Origin: an uncultured virus (IMG/VR IMGVR_UViG_3300030508_000022)
Taxonomy: Duplodnaviria > Heunggongvirae > Uroviricota > Caudoviricetes
Virus record (IMG/VR): IMGVR_UViG_3300030508_000022
Coordinates: 1 to 64,000 of that record
DNA length: 64,000 nt
Reading direction: 5' to 3' (one strand)
The notes under the pieces were generated by a model that had not been told where the DNA came from, did not search any database, and saw nothing but the letters and a program-made list of their open reading frames with translations. Positions 48,544-58,208 of this stretch are shown piece after piece (the first letter of the stretch is position 1; each line of letters starts with the position of its first letter). The position numbers were made by a program, and so were the translations under genes.

Positions 48544-49758
48544 ATGGCCAGAGGAATTAATGATTTCCAAAATGATCGGAACTATACGTCCAAGCATTTT
48601 GTATATCGCGAAGGTGTTAGAGTGAAGTTCGCAAATGCGAACAAGGATATCGTTGCCTGCATCTTGCCGGCAATTGGTGACAAAGAGGATAAGGCAAGTT
48701 TCTTGCCCTATCGTGACGAAGAGAACCCAGATGCATACACCAACTGGGCAGTGGGAGTTTACTTCCATCCATTCGTTGGAAAGGAATCAAATATTATTAG
48801 CGCCAAGACGTTTGACCCAGACGCATACGATCCAATTCAGGAGCTAATCAAAACAGCCAAGGCCGATCCGAAGTATGCCCTCATCGCAGGGTATGGTTCT
48901 GATGGCAAGAAGATCCCCAATGCATACAAGAACGAACATGTTCGTCTTGGATCCATGTGGAGCGGCTATGTTGTTAATTCAATTATTTTGTACGACAAGG
49001 ATAACCCATCCGACAAGCCCGTAATCCTACAGATCCCTATTGGTGCTTTCACTAGCAGAGACTCTGAGTCGAAGGGCTGGGGTCTTCTATCTGAACTTGG
49101 GCGTAAGAACCGCAAGGCAGAGAAGGGATCTGCAGATGAGTATTACTGGGGTGATATCACTGATCCAAGGAAGCTAGTTCCTTGCTCTCTGAAGATCTGC
49201 CCAGGACCTACTGGCGGTATCTCCATCTACAACATGGTTCCGCTCGATGACGAAGATCCTATCAAGACGACAAGCTCTGTTCTCAAGGCTCGATACGACC
49301 TTGATAGCATCTTCAATGAAATCACTGAGGGTGAAATTATCAGCAAGCTGATCTATTACTTCAGTGACACACCCAAGCTGCTCGAAAGGGCATTCTCGCG
49401 AAGGGTGCCAGGCATTGAGGCAATGATCAAGAAGGCAACAGGAGTCAGTGTCACCTCAACCTCATACGATGACGATGAGGAAGAAGACGAGATCCCTGAT
49501 GCAGAATTCAGACGCCCAGCAGCAAAGGCAGGTCCCTCTAAAAGGAATAGCCTTGATGATGAGGAAGAGGAGTCTGCTGATGAGCCAGTACGTGAGTCGG
49601 CTCGGAGCTTTGAGCCAGAGGAAGATGAACTTCCAGCTCCAGCTTCCAAGAGAGCAACATCTCTCGACGACGATGATGAACTAGAGGATGTAGTGGTTGA
49701 GTCCGTTCCACAACGAAAGAAAGCAACGAAGAGCAGCGTAGCTGAACTCTTTGATTAA
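48544..49758 (+). CDS. Putative single-stranded DNA-binding protein
   Basis: Between polymerase and RecA; 'GDITDP' and long acidic C-terminal tail ending in LFD. Confidence 0.55.
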   Translation: MARGINDFQNDRNYTSKHFVYREGVRVKFANANKDIVACILPAIGDKEDKASFLPYRDEENPDAYTNWAVGVYFHPFVGKESNIISAKTFDPDAYDPIQELIKTAKADPKYALIAGYGSDGKKIPNAYKNEHVRLGSMWSGYVVNSIILYDKDNPSDKPVILQIPIGAFTSRDSESKGWGLLSELGRKNRKAEKGSADEYYWGDITDPRKLVPCSLKICPGPTGGISIYNMVPLDDEDPIKTTSSVLKARYDLDSIFNEITEGEIISKLIYYFSDTPKLLERAFSRRVPGIEAMIKKATGVSVTSTSYDDDEEEDEIPDAEFRRPAAKAGPSKRNSLDDEEEESADEPVRESARSFEPEEDELPAPASKRATSLDDDDELEDVVVESVPQRKKATKSSVAELFD

Positions 49759-49766
49759 TAAAGTGG

Positions 49767-49786
49767 GAGGGGGCTTCGGCCCCCTC
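49767..49786 (+). other. Stable C(UUCG)G hairpin between SSB-like and recA
   Basis: gagggggc-ttcg-gccccctc, no U-tract. Confidence 0.6.
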
Positions 49787-49809
49787 TCCAAACCAAACAA
49801 AATAAATTT

Positions 49810-51012
49810 ATGGCAAGAACAAAGAAAGAGAAATCGACGGAAGTTAGTAAATACTCAAGCGTTGTTGAGCAATATTTTGCGGAGAGTGCCGCTGGAGTTA
49901 AAGAAAAATATGGATCTGATATGGTGTCTTCAGCGACTGAGGAAGATGGAAATTTACAATATATTTATGTCCCAGACTTGGGATTTCAGTGGGCTCTAGG
50001 CAGAAAGGGGTTCGCACTTGGAAGGGTGATGCAAATATTAGCTGCCGAGGGGTCTGGGAAGACTTCATTGGGATTGTGGATAGCAGACCTCTGTATGAGA
50101 GCTGGAGGGTTGAGCTGCTTAATAGAGACCGAGCAAGCGGGTTCAACAAAACACATGAGGGCATATCTATCTAAGCCAGAAGAGTTTAGAGTCTTCCATC
50201 CGACCAGTATTGAAGGTGCTATGAGAATGACCCTTGATCAATTAAACTTATTTCTTAAATTAGACCCCGAAGGGGAAATCCCAAAGTGCATCGTAATTGA
50301 TTCAATAGCAGGCAGTTCTGATGAGAGGTTAGAAGAGGATGAGGAAAATTTTGTTCAACAAAAAGTAGGTGGGGTCTCCAAGCAGCTCAAAGATTGGTTG
50401 AATCTTTGTAAAAACAAAATAAAAGAAACCAATACCCTTCTCGTTCTTGTAAATCAGGGTAGGGAAGCTATTGCAACTGGTTTTGCAGCAAGAGTTCCCG
50501 TTGCCGAGATAGACAAACTGATTGGAAGTGGCGGGAAGGCAATTCCTTTTGTAAGTACATACAATCTGATACTTAAAAGACAAAGTGCCTTAAAGGACTC
50601 TTCAGGAGAAGAAAAGGATGGATTCAAAACCAAACTAACGCTTAAAAAGAACAAAATTGGAGTACCATTTAGAGAGATTAATTATAATATTAGATGGAAC
50701 AAGTCTTTTGATTTTGTAGAGGCAACAACCTCCATGCTCGCTTCTGGGGAAATTGGTGGCTTCCAACAAGTCAAAGGTCCTAAGTTTTTTTCTGATGAAA
50801 TGGGGATTCCTAAGGAAAGAGCATTAACTGCGCAAGAGTTTTATGACTTCGCCCACGACCCAAGCAGAATAGAAGTATTCCAGCAGGAACTAGATATTGT
50901 ATTAGATGACAAAATATTGACATATGAGCATCTAAAGAAAGAGGAGGATCAATTAAACACTGAATCTGGGATTATTCCATCGGTGGTTCTACCGGAGTCT
51001 CCTGTGGAATAA
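49810..51012 (+). CDS. recA: RecA/UvsX-like recombinase
   Basis: 'GRVMQILAAEGSGKTSL', 'VIDSIA', 'VNQGRE', 'GGKAIPF', 'KKNKIGVPF'. Confidence 0.9.
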   Translation: MARTKKEKSTEVSKYSSVVEQYFAESAAGVKEKYGSDMVSSATEEDGNLQYIYVPDLGFQWALGRKGFALGRVMQILAAEGSGKTSLGLWIADLCMRAGGLSCLIETEQAGSTKHMRAYLSKPEEFRVFHPTSIEGAMRMTLDQLNLFLKLDPEGEIPKCIVIDSIAGSSDERLEEDEENFVQQKVGGVSKQLKDWLNLCKNKIKETNTLLVLVNQGREAIATGFAARVPVAEIDKLIGSGGKAIPFVSTYNLILKRQSALKDSSGEEKDGFKTKLTLKKNKIGVPFREINYNIRWNKSFDFVEATTSMLASGEIGGFQQVKGPKFFSDEMGIPKERALTAQEFYDFAHDPSRIEVFQQELDIVLDDKILTYEHLKKEEDQLNTESGIIPSVVLPESPVE

Positions 51013-51793
51013 TTGCTTTTCCACTAATACTCATCACCCTGTCCTCTTTTGACTTCGATGCATTATCTCTGGCCCACAATGGCCTAAGATTACTGAGAGC
51101 CCACAGTTCTTTGAATTGTGGGTGATCGGTTGAATCGAAGTCGAAAGAGCAGCAGGGCTTTTTGTGGTCTATGTGCCAACCATCGGTATAGCTACCATTT
51201 GGGCGACCATAGTTTTCCCATGTCATTCCGTCTTGGAACTGACTCTCAATGTGTTTAATTAAGTCCTCAACTGTATATCCCAGTTTTGCCAATATAGCTT
51301 TTGTTGGCTCATTACATTTTTTGCCATGAAGAATGCTTACCATCCTTCTACTAAGATTTCTTGTTAAACGATATGGAAGGCTTTCCGCTCTTGTTTTTCT
51401 CAATCGCGCAGCCTGTTTTCCTGGATTTCTTAATCGGTAGTCTTTTACTCTGGCGGCAATCTTTTCTTTATTGTTTATGTAATACTCTTGATGCCTCTTT
51501 TTATCAGCTTCTCTATTTTTCCAGTAATCAGTTTTTGCCTTCTCTTTGATTTTTTCTATATTGGCTTCTCTCCATTTTTGGTGCCTTAACCTCTCCTTCT
51601 CTTCATTTAAGTCCCTATATGCTTTTCCATTTTCAGACACTTTCCTTTTAGTCTCTTCGTTATTGTTATATTTCCCCCTAGCAATCTCATTAATGCACAC
51701 AGCACACCTAGAGGTAAATTTCCCTGGTCTATCTGATCTTGGCATAAACTCTATTTCATCTTTTTTAATCAAACATCTGGTACACTTTTTCAT
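50972..51793 (-). CDS. HNH homing endonuclease
   Basis: Start MKKCTRC; 'HIESQFQDGMTWENYG...WHIDHKKP...NLRPLWARDNASK'. Confidence 0.9.
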   Translation of the reverse strand: MKKCTRCLIKKDEIEFMPRSDRPGKFTSRCAVCINEIARGKYNNNEETKRKVSENGKAYRDLNEEKERLRHQKWREANIEKIKEKAKTDYWKNREADKKRHQEYYINNKEKIAARVKDYRLRNPGKQAARLRKTRAESLPYRLTRNLSRRMVSILHGKKCNEPTKAILAKLGYTVEDLIKHIESQFQDGMTWENYGRPNGSYTDGWHIDHKKPCCSFDFDSTDHPQFKELWALSNLRPLWARDNASKSKEDRVMSISGKAIIPQETPVEPPME

Positions 51794-51855
51794 ATACAGA
51801 GTGTATGCTAGTTTACCCAAAACTTCAATACCCAAATAACAAAACATAATAAATT

Positions 51856-52407
51856 ATGACCGACCCACGTAAAGCCTATCTCTCTATGACAGAAGAGGGG
51901 AAGGAGATTAATACAAGAGGCAACCTCAAGTTTGCCCTAGCACTGTCAACGCAGCTCAAGACGAAGATTCCGCAGGCTGCAATTAGGTCAGCTGAGGATC
52001 CGTTCTTGGAATTCAACATCCAGACCAAAGAGGTTCGACACTTAAATAGGGTCGAAGCCTTTGGTGGAGATTTAGTAATAGATACAGCACCCACTGAGCT
52101 GTTCTTTGTAGAGGGGGTTAGCGATATTATGCGCCCCAGTAAAAAGTCACAATTCAATAACTTCGAGAAGCTTGTGACAAATAGGATATGCGAAGTTAGT
52201 TGTAAATATGAGGGGATTAGGGGGGCTAATGCCCCCACCCTCCTGTTAGCTACAAACGCCTCAGCCACAGTGCTATGGGTTTTTGGATCAAATGACCAAA
52301 ACGAGATGGACGAATTGGGTGCTAGGTATATAGCTATACCTGGAGAAGAAAGTAACTTTTTTGCTTGTCCCGTGAGTATCTTAGCAGATAAGCTCTTGAA
52401 ACTATGA
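51856..52407 (+). CDS. Hypothetical protein
   Basis: 183-aa ORF. Confidence 0.6.
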   Translation: MTDPRKAYLSMTEEGKEINTRGNLKFALALSTQLKTKIPQAAIRSAEDPFLEFNIQTKEVRHLNRVEAFGGDLVIDTAPTELFFVEGVSDIMRPSKKSQFNNFEKLVTNRICEVSCKYEGIRGANAPTLLLATNASATVLWVFGSNDQNEMDELGARYIAIPGEESNFFACPVSILADKLLKL

Positions 52408-52905
52408 GCAAAGTCCCATATGCTTGCGCCTGTGATATTCCGCAATTAGAATGCCGTCTCCGTCGTGCTTAAGAGGTAGATATGGAAACAGCTCTTTGCC
52501 CACTCTTAGACTTTCTACCTTGAGTTGATCCCCTTTCGTTCCAGGCGGCAATAGAGAATGTTGCCAAATTTTTGAATCAATAAATGAATACTCTATTTTG
52601 CATTCCTCTAGAGCTATCTGGACACACTCCACAGACCTCATAGCACTCATTGAGGCTGTGAACCTCCGGCTATTAACCATGGGACGCTCTAATATTGCTA
52701 CCACCTCTTCTCCAGGGAAGAGAGCTTTTATCTTATTAAATATTTCAACTAATTTTGGATAATCTATTCTACTAATATTCTTTTTCTCTTTGGTGTAAGA
52801 TCTTTCTTTTTTGATTGGAAGCTTAAATAAAAGTCCGCGCCCGTCTGGAGTTACCGCCCCTATTCCATTATTTGTGACACCATTGTCTATCCCACATAAA
52901 ATCAT
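52402..52905 (-). CDS. RuvC-like Holliday junction resolvase
   Basis: 'ILCGIDNG', 'ILERP', 'SKIWQ', 'DGILIAEY'. Confidence 0.82.
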   Translation of the reverse strand: MILCGIDNGVTNNGIGAVTPDGRGLLFKLPIKKERSYTKEKKNISRIDYPKLVEIFNKIKALFPGEEVVAILERPMVNSRRFTASMSAMRSVECVQIALEECKIEYSFIDSKIWQHSLLPPGTKGDQLKVESLRVGKELFPYLPLKHDGDGILIAEYHRRKHMGLCS

Positions 52906-52911
52906 GATCTA

Positions 52912-52940
52912 AAAATATATAACAAAATCAACATAGTCAA
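52912..52940 (-). promoter_or_regulatory. Sigma-70-type promoter, leaderless transcript candidate
   Basis: TTGACT-N17-TATTTT, 6 nt before ATG 52905. Confidence 0.5.
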
Positions 52941-53011
52941 CTATTATTAGGCGAAAAACAACTTGTCAATCATAGTCATAGGGTCTAGCTTAATGAAAGC
53001 CTTCTAACACT

Positions 53012-53353
53012 ATGAAACAGTCTATTTCCATCGAACCGATACGCTCTGGCCCACCCCCGTTCCTGTACACAATGGACGAGAATGAAAACGAGTATATCAT
53101 CTGTACTGGAAAATTCCCGATGATCCTAAAGATTAAGGACTTCGAGTATGAGTATATAGATGATGAAGAAGGAGACGAAGAAGAGCCACCAAGGGATCCA
53201 GAGAGTCTAACTGGAGATTTTCAGGTAGAGGCGATGAAGTTTAGTAACACTGGACTTAAGCCCCTATCGTACGAAAAAAACACAAAGGTAGTAAAAGAAA
53301 TCATCAAGAGGGCTATAGACTTTTACCTTGCTCTCGAAGGTGATACACAATAA
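53012..53353 (+). CDS. Hypothetical acidic protein
   Basis: 113-aa ORF after TTGTCA-N17-TAGCTT. Confidence 0.6.
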   Translation: MKQSISIEPIRSGPPPFLYTMDENENEYIICTGKFPMILKIKDFEYEYIDDEEGDEEEPPRDPESLTGDFQVEAMKFSNTGLKPLSYEKNTKVVKEIIKRAIDFYLALEGDTQ

Positions 53354-53362
53354 ATAAACAAT

Positions 53363-53830
53363 ATGGCAAAAGACAAAACAACCCAAGTTGAAGTAGAAAC
53401 TCCAACACCTACACCAATAGAACCAGTAGCACCAGAGGCTACTGCTACACCAGAGCCCACCCCTACGGTAGAGCCTGTAGTAGAGCCCACACCATCAGTA
53501 ACAGTATTTGATGTTGTTGGGACAGATAATTCCGAACCCAACCCATACAACGAAATACTAGAAAAGCTTGTTCCAGCATTAGCTGGCACATCTAAGCATC
53601 TTGTTGCAACATTCGCTAATGTTACTCCAACTACTGGGTATATTCTGGTAAGGACCTCAAACGGTATTTATACCTTTGCTCGAATCGTTGCATCCAATAA
53701 TGGAGGCTTTGAGTCAGAGTTCTTGTATAATGTACCTGCCGCTGAGCACGCTCTACTAACCAAGATCTTTGAAGAGATTGGTGTCAAGCCGTCTGGACAT
53801 TCATTCATGAGTCAGTCTGGCATTCTGTAA
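53363..53830 (+). CDS. Hypothetical protein with P/T/E-rich N-terminus
   Basis: 155-aa ORF followed by terminator. Confidence 0.65.
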   Translation: MAKDKTTQVEVETPTPTPIEPVAPEATATPEPTPTVEPVVEPTPSVTVFDVVGTDNSEPNPYNEILEKLVPALAGTSKHLVATFANVTPTTGYILVRTSNGIYTFARIVASNNGGFESEFLYNVPAAEHALLTKIFEEIGVKPSGHSFMSQSGIL

Positions 53831-53856
53831 TTTCATTGTTACCACATAATGGAGAG

Positions 53857-53887
53857 AGGGCCCCTGCGCAAGGGGCCCTTTTCTTTT
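53857..53887 (+). terminator. Rho-independent terminator
   Basis: agggcccct-gcgca-aggggccct + T-rich tail. Confidence 0.8.
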
Positions 53888-53894
53888 GGGTAGG

Positions 53895-53938
53895 AGGGGG
53901 GGGTATAAAAGGTGCCCTGTTCTTCCATAATACATTGG
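53895..53938 (+). promoter_or_regulatory. Conserved 44-bp intergenic motif copy 2 (candidate phage promoter)
   Basis: Same G8-TATAAAAG...CCTGTT...CCATAATA.ATTGG as 19776; directly after a terminator. Confidence 0.6.
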
Positions 53939-54007
53939 TAAAAGAATTATCACTTACATTACGTAAGGAGATAGCAAGTTAAAAACAAACCAAAAAGGAA
54001 ATCTCAT

Positions 54008-55264
54008 ATGTTTCACCGGGTCTGTCGGAGCATAGTCAGCTTAAAAACACTTTGCCCTATCAACGGGGCATTTCCTATGGAGGGCGATCCATTTATGCTA
54101 CCTGAAGAAGGCGGTGTAATTGTGTATGGGATGTGGAACGAAAAGACGTTCCAAGGGAAAATCGGAGTTTATGAGATCGTCAATGGCATTCCATGCCTTG
54201 CGGCCTCAGTTCCTGTATCAGGAACAAATGGGGCATATTGCCCAAGAAGGGAATTCCAACCAGCCGTCAATTGGATGGTGGGAATCCTCGAACGATCATC
54301 TACGAATGACCTCCCTACGGGAAGTTATTACATTCCGGTGGAAGAACTGGAAAAGAGGATCGAGCTCCCCAAGTTCTGGAAAGAACGTGGGAACAAGCAA
54401 CAAAAGACTTTCGGACCCGAAGTGACTCGGCGTCGCGAGCTATTTGCTACTCTACCACACAGAAAATGTGTGGAGATCTCAAAGCTCCTACTGCCAGCAC
54501 GAGAGGGATCCACCACCAAGCTGGAGATTCTCCAGATTGATGAAGACGGAGCCCCAGGTGCGCTCAGCAACTTCCCCGTCAAGGCGAAGAAGTTCACACA
54601 CCTCATGACCATTAGACTCGAGAAGTCATTGATGTTCATGAACACGGAATTGATGACTACCTGGCACCGCTACATCAAGCGTGCACAAGAAGTCAATATC
54701 ACCCACGACCCCGACTCAGCTCGAATGGCCATACAGGATATGGCCATTGGGTTGCAAGAGTTGCTAACGGCACACTGCTACAGAAACTGGATCACACCAG
54801 GGTCTGTGGACTTCAAGAATGAGTATTGCGAGCGGATGAACAATATCTGCACGAAAATAGTCAGCTACTTCCCTGAACTAGTGAAGCCAGTTGATACATT
54901 CAACCTGAAGTTGTGCGCTGTGGACCCAACCCAGATCCCCCTCCTGATCGGCATCCAAGGTTCCCCTGTGGGAGTCGGCAGAGCAGATCTCGTGGATGGA
55001 TTCAAGTTCCCTCGTACATGGCGCAACACGCCATTCGAGGCAAAGTCAAAGGACGAAAAAGCTCCGTTCTTCCGCAAGCCAGTTCAAAAAGAAGCCCAGG
55101 TCATTTACTCGTCAGAGTTTGCACCTGAGCCAGTCCAAGTCGAACAACCTAAGGTTGAGGTCGACCCATCTATTACATCACCAGTTGAGACTCCCGTAAA
55201 GGAGCACGCGACAACCGGTGGTATCAGTCTTAAGTCATTCTGGGAAATACCTTCCCTGGAATGA
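54008..55264 (+). CDS. Hypothetical protein
   Basis: 418-aa ORF. Confidence 0.7.
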   Translation: MFHRVCRSIVSLKTLCPINGAFPMEGDPFMLPEEGGVIVYGMWNEKTFQGKIGVYEIVNGIPCLAASVPVSGTNGAYCPRREFQPAVNWMVGILERSSTNDLPTGSYYIPVEELEKRIELPKFWKERGNKQQKTFGPEVTRRRELFATLPHRKCVEISKLLLPAREGSTTKLEILQIDEDGAPGALSNFPVKAKKFTHLMTIRLEKSLMFMNTELMTTWHRYIKRAQEVNITHDPDSARMAIQDMAIGLQELLTAHCYRNWITPGSVDFKNEYCERMNNICTKIVSYFPELVKPVDTFNLKLCAVDPTQIPLLIGIQGSPVGVGRADLVDGFKFPRTWRNTPFEAKSKDEKAPFFRKPVQKEAQVIYSSEFAPEPVQVEQPKVEVDPSITSPVETPVKEHATTGGISLKSFWEIPSLE

Positions 55265-55310
55265 TACCGCGCAAGAAGGTAATCAAACACAACAACAAAA
55301 ACAAAATACA

Positions 55311-55715
55311 ATGAACATCATTGCAAAGATCGGCGGCCTCTTTATCAAAAAAGCCGCACCCACCGCTGGCCAAAAGGCCGGTGTCATCGCCAAAGCTGCC
55401 ATTAGTGCAGTAAGGCCATACGCAGTAGACGGCCTCAAGGTCGCTGCTGGAGTCGCCGCCCTCTATGGCGGTGCCAGACTCGGCATTTCCCTCGTGGACA
55501 ATGCGGAGAAGGTTGCGCACAAGGGGGCGAGTGCCGGCAAGAGGGCGATGGAGACCGCAGGGGCTGCTGCCTCCATGGTCAAACACAAGGCCGCAGGCGC
55601 AGTCGGGTTGGCAACAGGCATTGTCCTGAAAGCCACTGGGGTCTTCAAGGGCCCCAAGAAAGACTCGGATGAAATTGTTCCTGAGGGCCTAGTGCCCCAG
55701 GAAGAACTCATCTAG
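55311..55715 (+). CDS. Ala/Gly/Lys-rich hypothetical protein, possibly membrane-associated
   Basis: ATG after A/C-rich leader. Confidence 0.6.
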   Translation: MNIIAKIGGLFIKKAAPTAGQKAGVIAKAAISAVRPYAVDGLKVAAGVAALYGGARLGISLVDNAEKVAHKGASAGKRAMETAGAAASMVKHKAAGAVGLATGIVLKATGVFKGPKKDSDEIVPEGLVPQEELI

Positions 55716-55730
55716 TTCAAATACGGATTT

Positions 55731-55758
55731 AGGGTGGTGCTAGCAATAGCACCACCCT
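55731..55758 (+). terminator. Strong hairpin (GCAA loop), probable terminator/stabiliser
   Basis: agggtggtgcta-gcaa-tagcaccaccct. Confidence 0.55.
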
Positions 55759-55869
55759 TGCCCGTCATCTTTTGAAAAGATACGATTAACGTTTCTGGCA
55801 GTAGCCAGTGTTAAATTATATTAGGTTACCACATATATTTAACACTGACTACTGCTTGAAATAACATAC

Positions 55870-56568
55870 ATGAGTAAAGACAAATTTATTTTAACTACTG
55901 ACTATAAGTGCCACATGTTCTCTGCGGTATTCTCCCTTGAAGGACAAGAAAGTATCTTCAACTCAATGGACAAAGCCGACTTGCTCCACTCCTATATGGT
56001 CTCCAGGATCATGATTGAGTTTGATAAGTACGAGCAGGAAGGGATTTTCAATGATACAGAATTTTTAAAAGGCGCTGTCGTTCGAGTTAAAGATGTTCTG
56101 GACTCTGTGAAGAAGAGAGTGTCTGAATCGTACGAAAAGCGACTTGCTATTACTCTTTCCACAATCGAGGAAAGATACCCATTTGAAACAAAATGTGTAA
56201 ACGAACTCATTAAAGACCCAACAGGTGTTGTGTGCTCTAGTTTCTTCGTTCCACAAATCATTATGGGGATGATTAATCATCACGAAAATAGCGAGAACAA
56301 GAAACTCCCACACCTGATCTCAATCAACCTTAATCAGTTCGTGGACGCTATTGGATCTTCCAATGAATCTGCAATAACTGATGCTGTCAATCTCTGGAGG
56401 GAGAAAGACCTAGAGAACCAACTTCAGAATAGTAAAGGGATTGAAAACCTTCGACACCTAATCAAACAAACAGTCCAGGTTAGCCTTGTTGCTAATGGTG
56501 ACTTTCAAAAATTTGTACAATCTCAAAATGCTGAAACAAATGCCACCAAAAAAGAAAAGGAGGGGTAG
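55870..56568 (+). CDS. Hypothetical protein
   Basis: 232-aa ORF. Confidence 0.65.
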   Translation: MSKDKFILTTDYKCHMFSAVFSLEGQESIFNSMDKADLLHSYMVSRIMIEFDKYEQEGIFNDTEFLKGAVVRVKDVLDSVKKRVSESYEKRLAITLSTIEERYPFETKCVNELIKDPTGVVCSSFFVPQIIMGMINHHENSENKKLPHLISINLNQFVDAIGSSNESAITDAVNLWREKDLENQLQNSKGIENLRHLIKQTVQVSLVANGDFQKFVQSQNAETNATKKEKEG

Positions 56569-57196
56569 ACCCCCCAAAGTAAAGGAATCGCAACTGCCAG
56601 TTGTGCCCAAGAAACGGGGTCGTCCATTTAAAAATCCTCCTCAATCACTTCCGACTGAGAAGAAAAAACGTGGCAGACCTTTTAAGAATCAGCCTACTCC
56701 AACTGCTACCAAACCAAAGGTGAGGGCAAAGAGGGTTGAGAAAGTTACCCCAGAAAAACCAATCAAGAAAAAGGAAGTAGTGGTTGATACAGGGTTTGGA
56801 TCTGTAGAAGGAAAGATGTTCCTATCCCACCGAGACTCCAAGATACCTAAATTCCAATCCTGGTACAAACAGTACCTGGATGTAGATCCACAGAATAATG
56901 GAACAGACATTAATGGTCTTTCTGAAGTAATCTCTAAGCTGCAGGATGTAGTTAACGACTACTTCATTGAGAACAGTATAGACCTGTCCATTAGGATTCC
57001 GGTTATGAGATTGATGCTGGGAGAGAAGATTACAAAAATATTCTTTATGCCAGAAGCTGCTGGAGTGACTGTTGAGATCTATTACAAGGTGAGTTCAGTT
57101 CCATCTGGTGCTAGTCCTTCTACAAAGACAACCTTGGTTTGTAATCAATTCAATTCTGCAGTGAGGTCAGTATTCCCACTGGGAGTTTCTGGATAG
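56540..57196 (+). CDS. AT-hook DNA-binding protein
   Basis: Three motifs: KRRGRPPK, KKRGRPFK, KKRGRPFK. Confidence 0.7.
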   Translation: MPPKKKRRGRPPKVKESQLPVVPKKRGRPFKNPPQSLPTEKKKRGRPFKNQPTPTATKPKVRAKRVEKVTPEKPIKKKEVVVDTGFGSVEGKMFLSHRDSKIPKFQSWYKQYLDVDPQNNGTDINGLSEVISKLQDVVNDYFIENSIDLSIRIPVMRLMLGEKITKIFFMPEAAGVTVEIYYKVSSVPSGASPSTKTTLVCNQFNSAVRSVFPLGVSG

Positions 57197-57229
57197 AAAT
57201 TTATTTTACCCTGAAACTTAAGATTCTTG

Positions 57230-57259
57230 TTGACCTGCCTTAAATCCAGTGGTTAAAAT
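57230..57259 (+). promoter_or_regulatory. Sigma-70-type promoter candidate
   Basis: TTGACC-N18-TAAAAT upstream of rod-like RNA. Confidence 0.45.
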
Positions 57260-57280
57260 CGAATCCGTCAGGATGAGTTC

Positions 57281-57384
57281 GGGAAAAGTCCGCTTCGCGT
57301 TAGCGAAGTGACTTATCGTGAGGAATCCGAAGGTTTCCGAGGGATCAGTCACTTCGGTAGCGAAAGCAGATCTTTTCCCCACCA
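57281..57384 (+). ncRNA. Rod-like small RNA ending in ACCA
   Basis: gggaaaag/cttttccc, cgaagtgact/agtcacttcg stems; 3' ACCA. Confidence 0.55.
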
Positions 57385-57428
57385 TAAATACTTAAACAAC
57401 ATGACAAAAAGCTCCCTGAAAGGGAGCC

Positions 57429-58208
57429 ATGTCTTCATCCAAAAAGTTCGTGACAGAAAAAAACAAAAAGACAGATGAGTCTCAGTTTCCAGTCATAAAG
57501 TCAGAGGAGGATTCAGAGCTTCCTGAGAAAGAAGATCTCTTTGATAACTCCCCTAGGCCAGTCTTAACCTCCCTGATTGTTTCAGGAAAAGAGATCTCTG
57601 TCCCTTCCTCCTGTCAGTTCGATACAAAAGCGTTCTGGCATCCCAACCTGCCATTCGTCAACTCCTACAGAAACGAAGGGATCCTTCCAGTTAAGGAAAC
57701 TAAGGAGTGGCTCTACAACAACTTCCTAGAAACCCTCACAGACCAAGAGGGTACCCAGAAGGTTATGGCAATGGAGAACGACGAACTTCTAGGAGTTGTC
57801 GCTACTCTATCCAAAGATCAATTTGAGAGACTGGCAATATACTGCTCGCAGAGGTTGTCTGAGGGCGCATACAAAGCTGAATGGAATGTAGAGATGTGGA
57901 ACATTGGGTTCTCTCTCTTCTCAGAGCTTGGAATGGTACGGCTAGGGGTAGTTCCCCTTCCAGATGCCAAGAGGCTTTGGGTTGGAAGAGATTCAGTTGC
58001 TGGATCCAGGCAAATTCAATTCAGGGCTGCTAGAGGAAATTTCCTCCACGTTGGCCTAGACTTTGTAAGAACCTTTATTGGTCAAGATGCCCACAAGAAG
58101 AGTTGGTCTCTCCAGCACAGAGGTGGACTCTGGAGGATAGTGTCAGGTAAACCCCGATCTCCTTCGTATATCTACATTGAGGAGTTCGACAACGATTTAT
58201 TTCAATGA
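57429..58208 (+). CDS. Hypothetical protein
   Basis: 259-aa ORF. Confidence 0.65.
   Translation: MSSSKKFVTEKNKKTDESQFPVIKSEEDSELPEKEDLFDNSPRPVLTSLIVSGKEISVPSSCQFDTKAFWHPNLPFVNSYRNEGILPVKETKEWLYNNFLETLTDQEGTQKVMAMENDELLGVVATLSKDQFERLAIYCSQRLSEGAYKAEWNVEMWNIGFSLFSELGMVRLGVVPLPDAKRLWVGRDSVAGSRQIQFRAARGNFLHVGLDFVRTFIGQDAHKKSWSLQHRGGLWRIVSGKPRSPSYIYIEEFDNDLFQ

Noticed and set aside
51876..52445. 189-aa minus-strand ORF
   Set aside because: Mirror of plus-strand ORF 51856..52407, which has the typical A-rich leader and more natural composition
57281..57384. SRP 4.5S RNA or 6S RNA
   Set aside because: Lacks SRP helix-8 motif; too short and no clear central bubble for 6S
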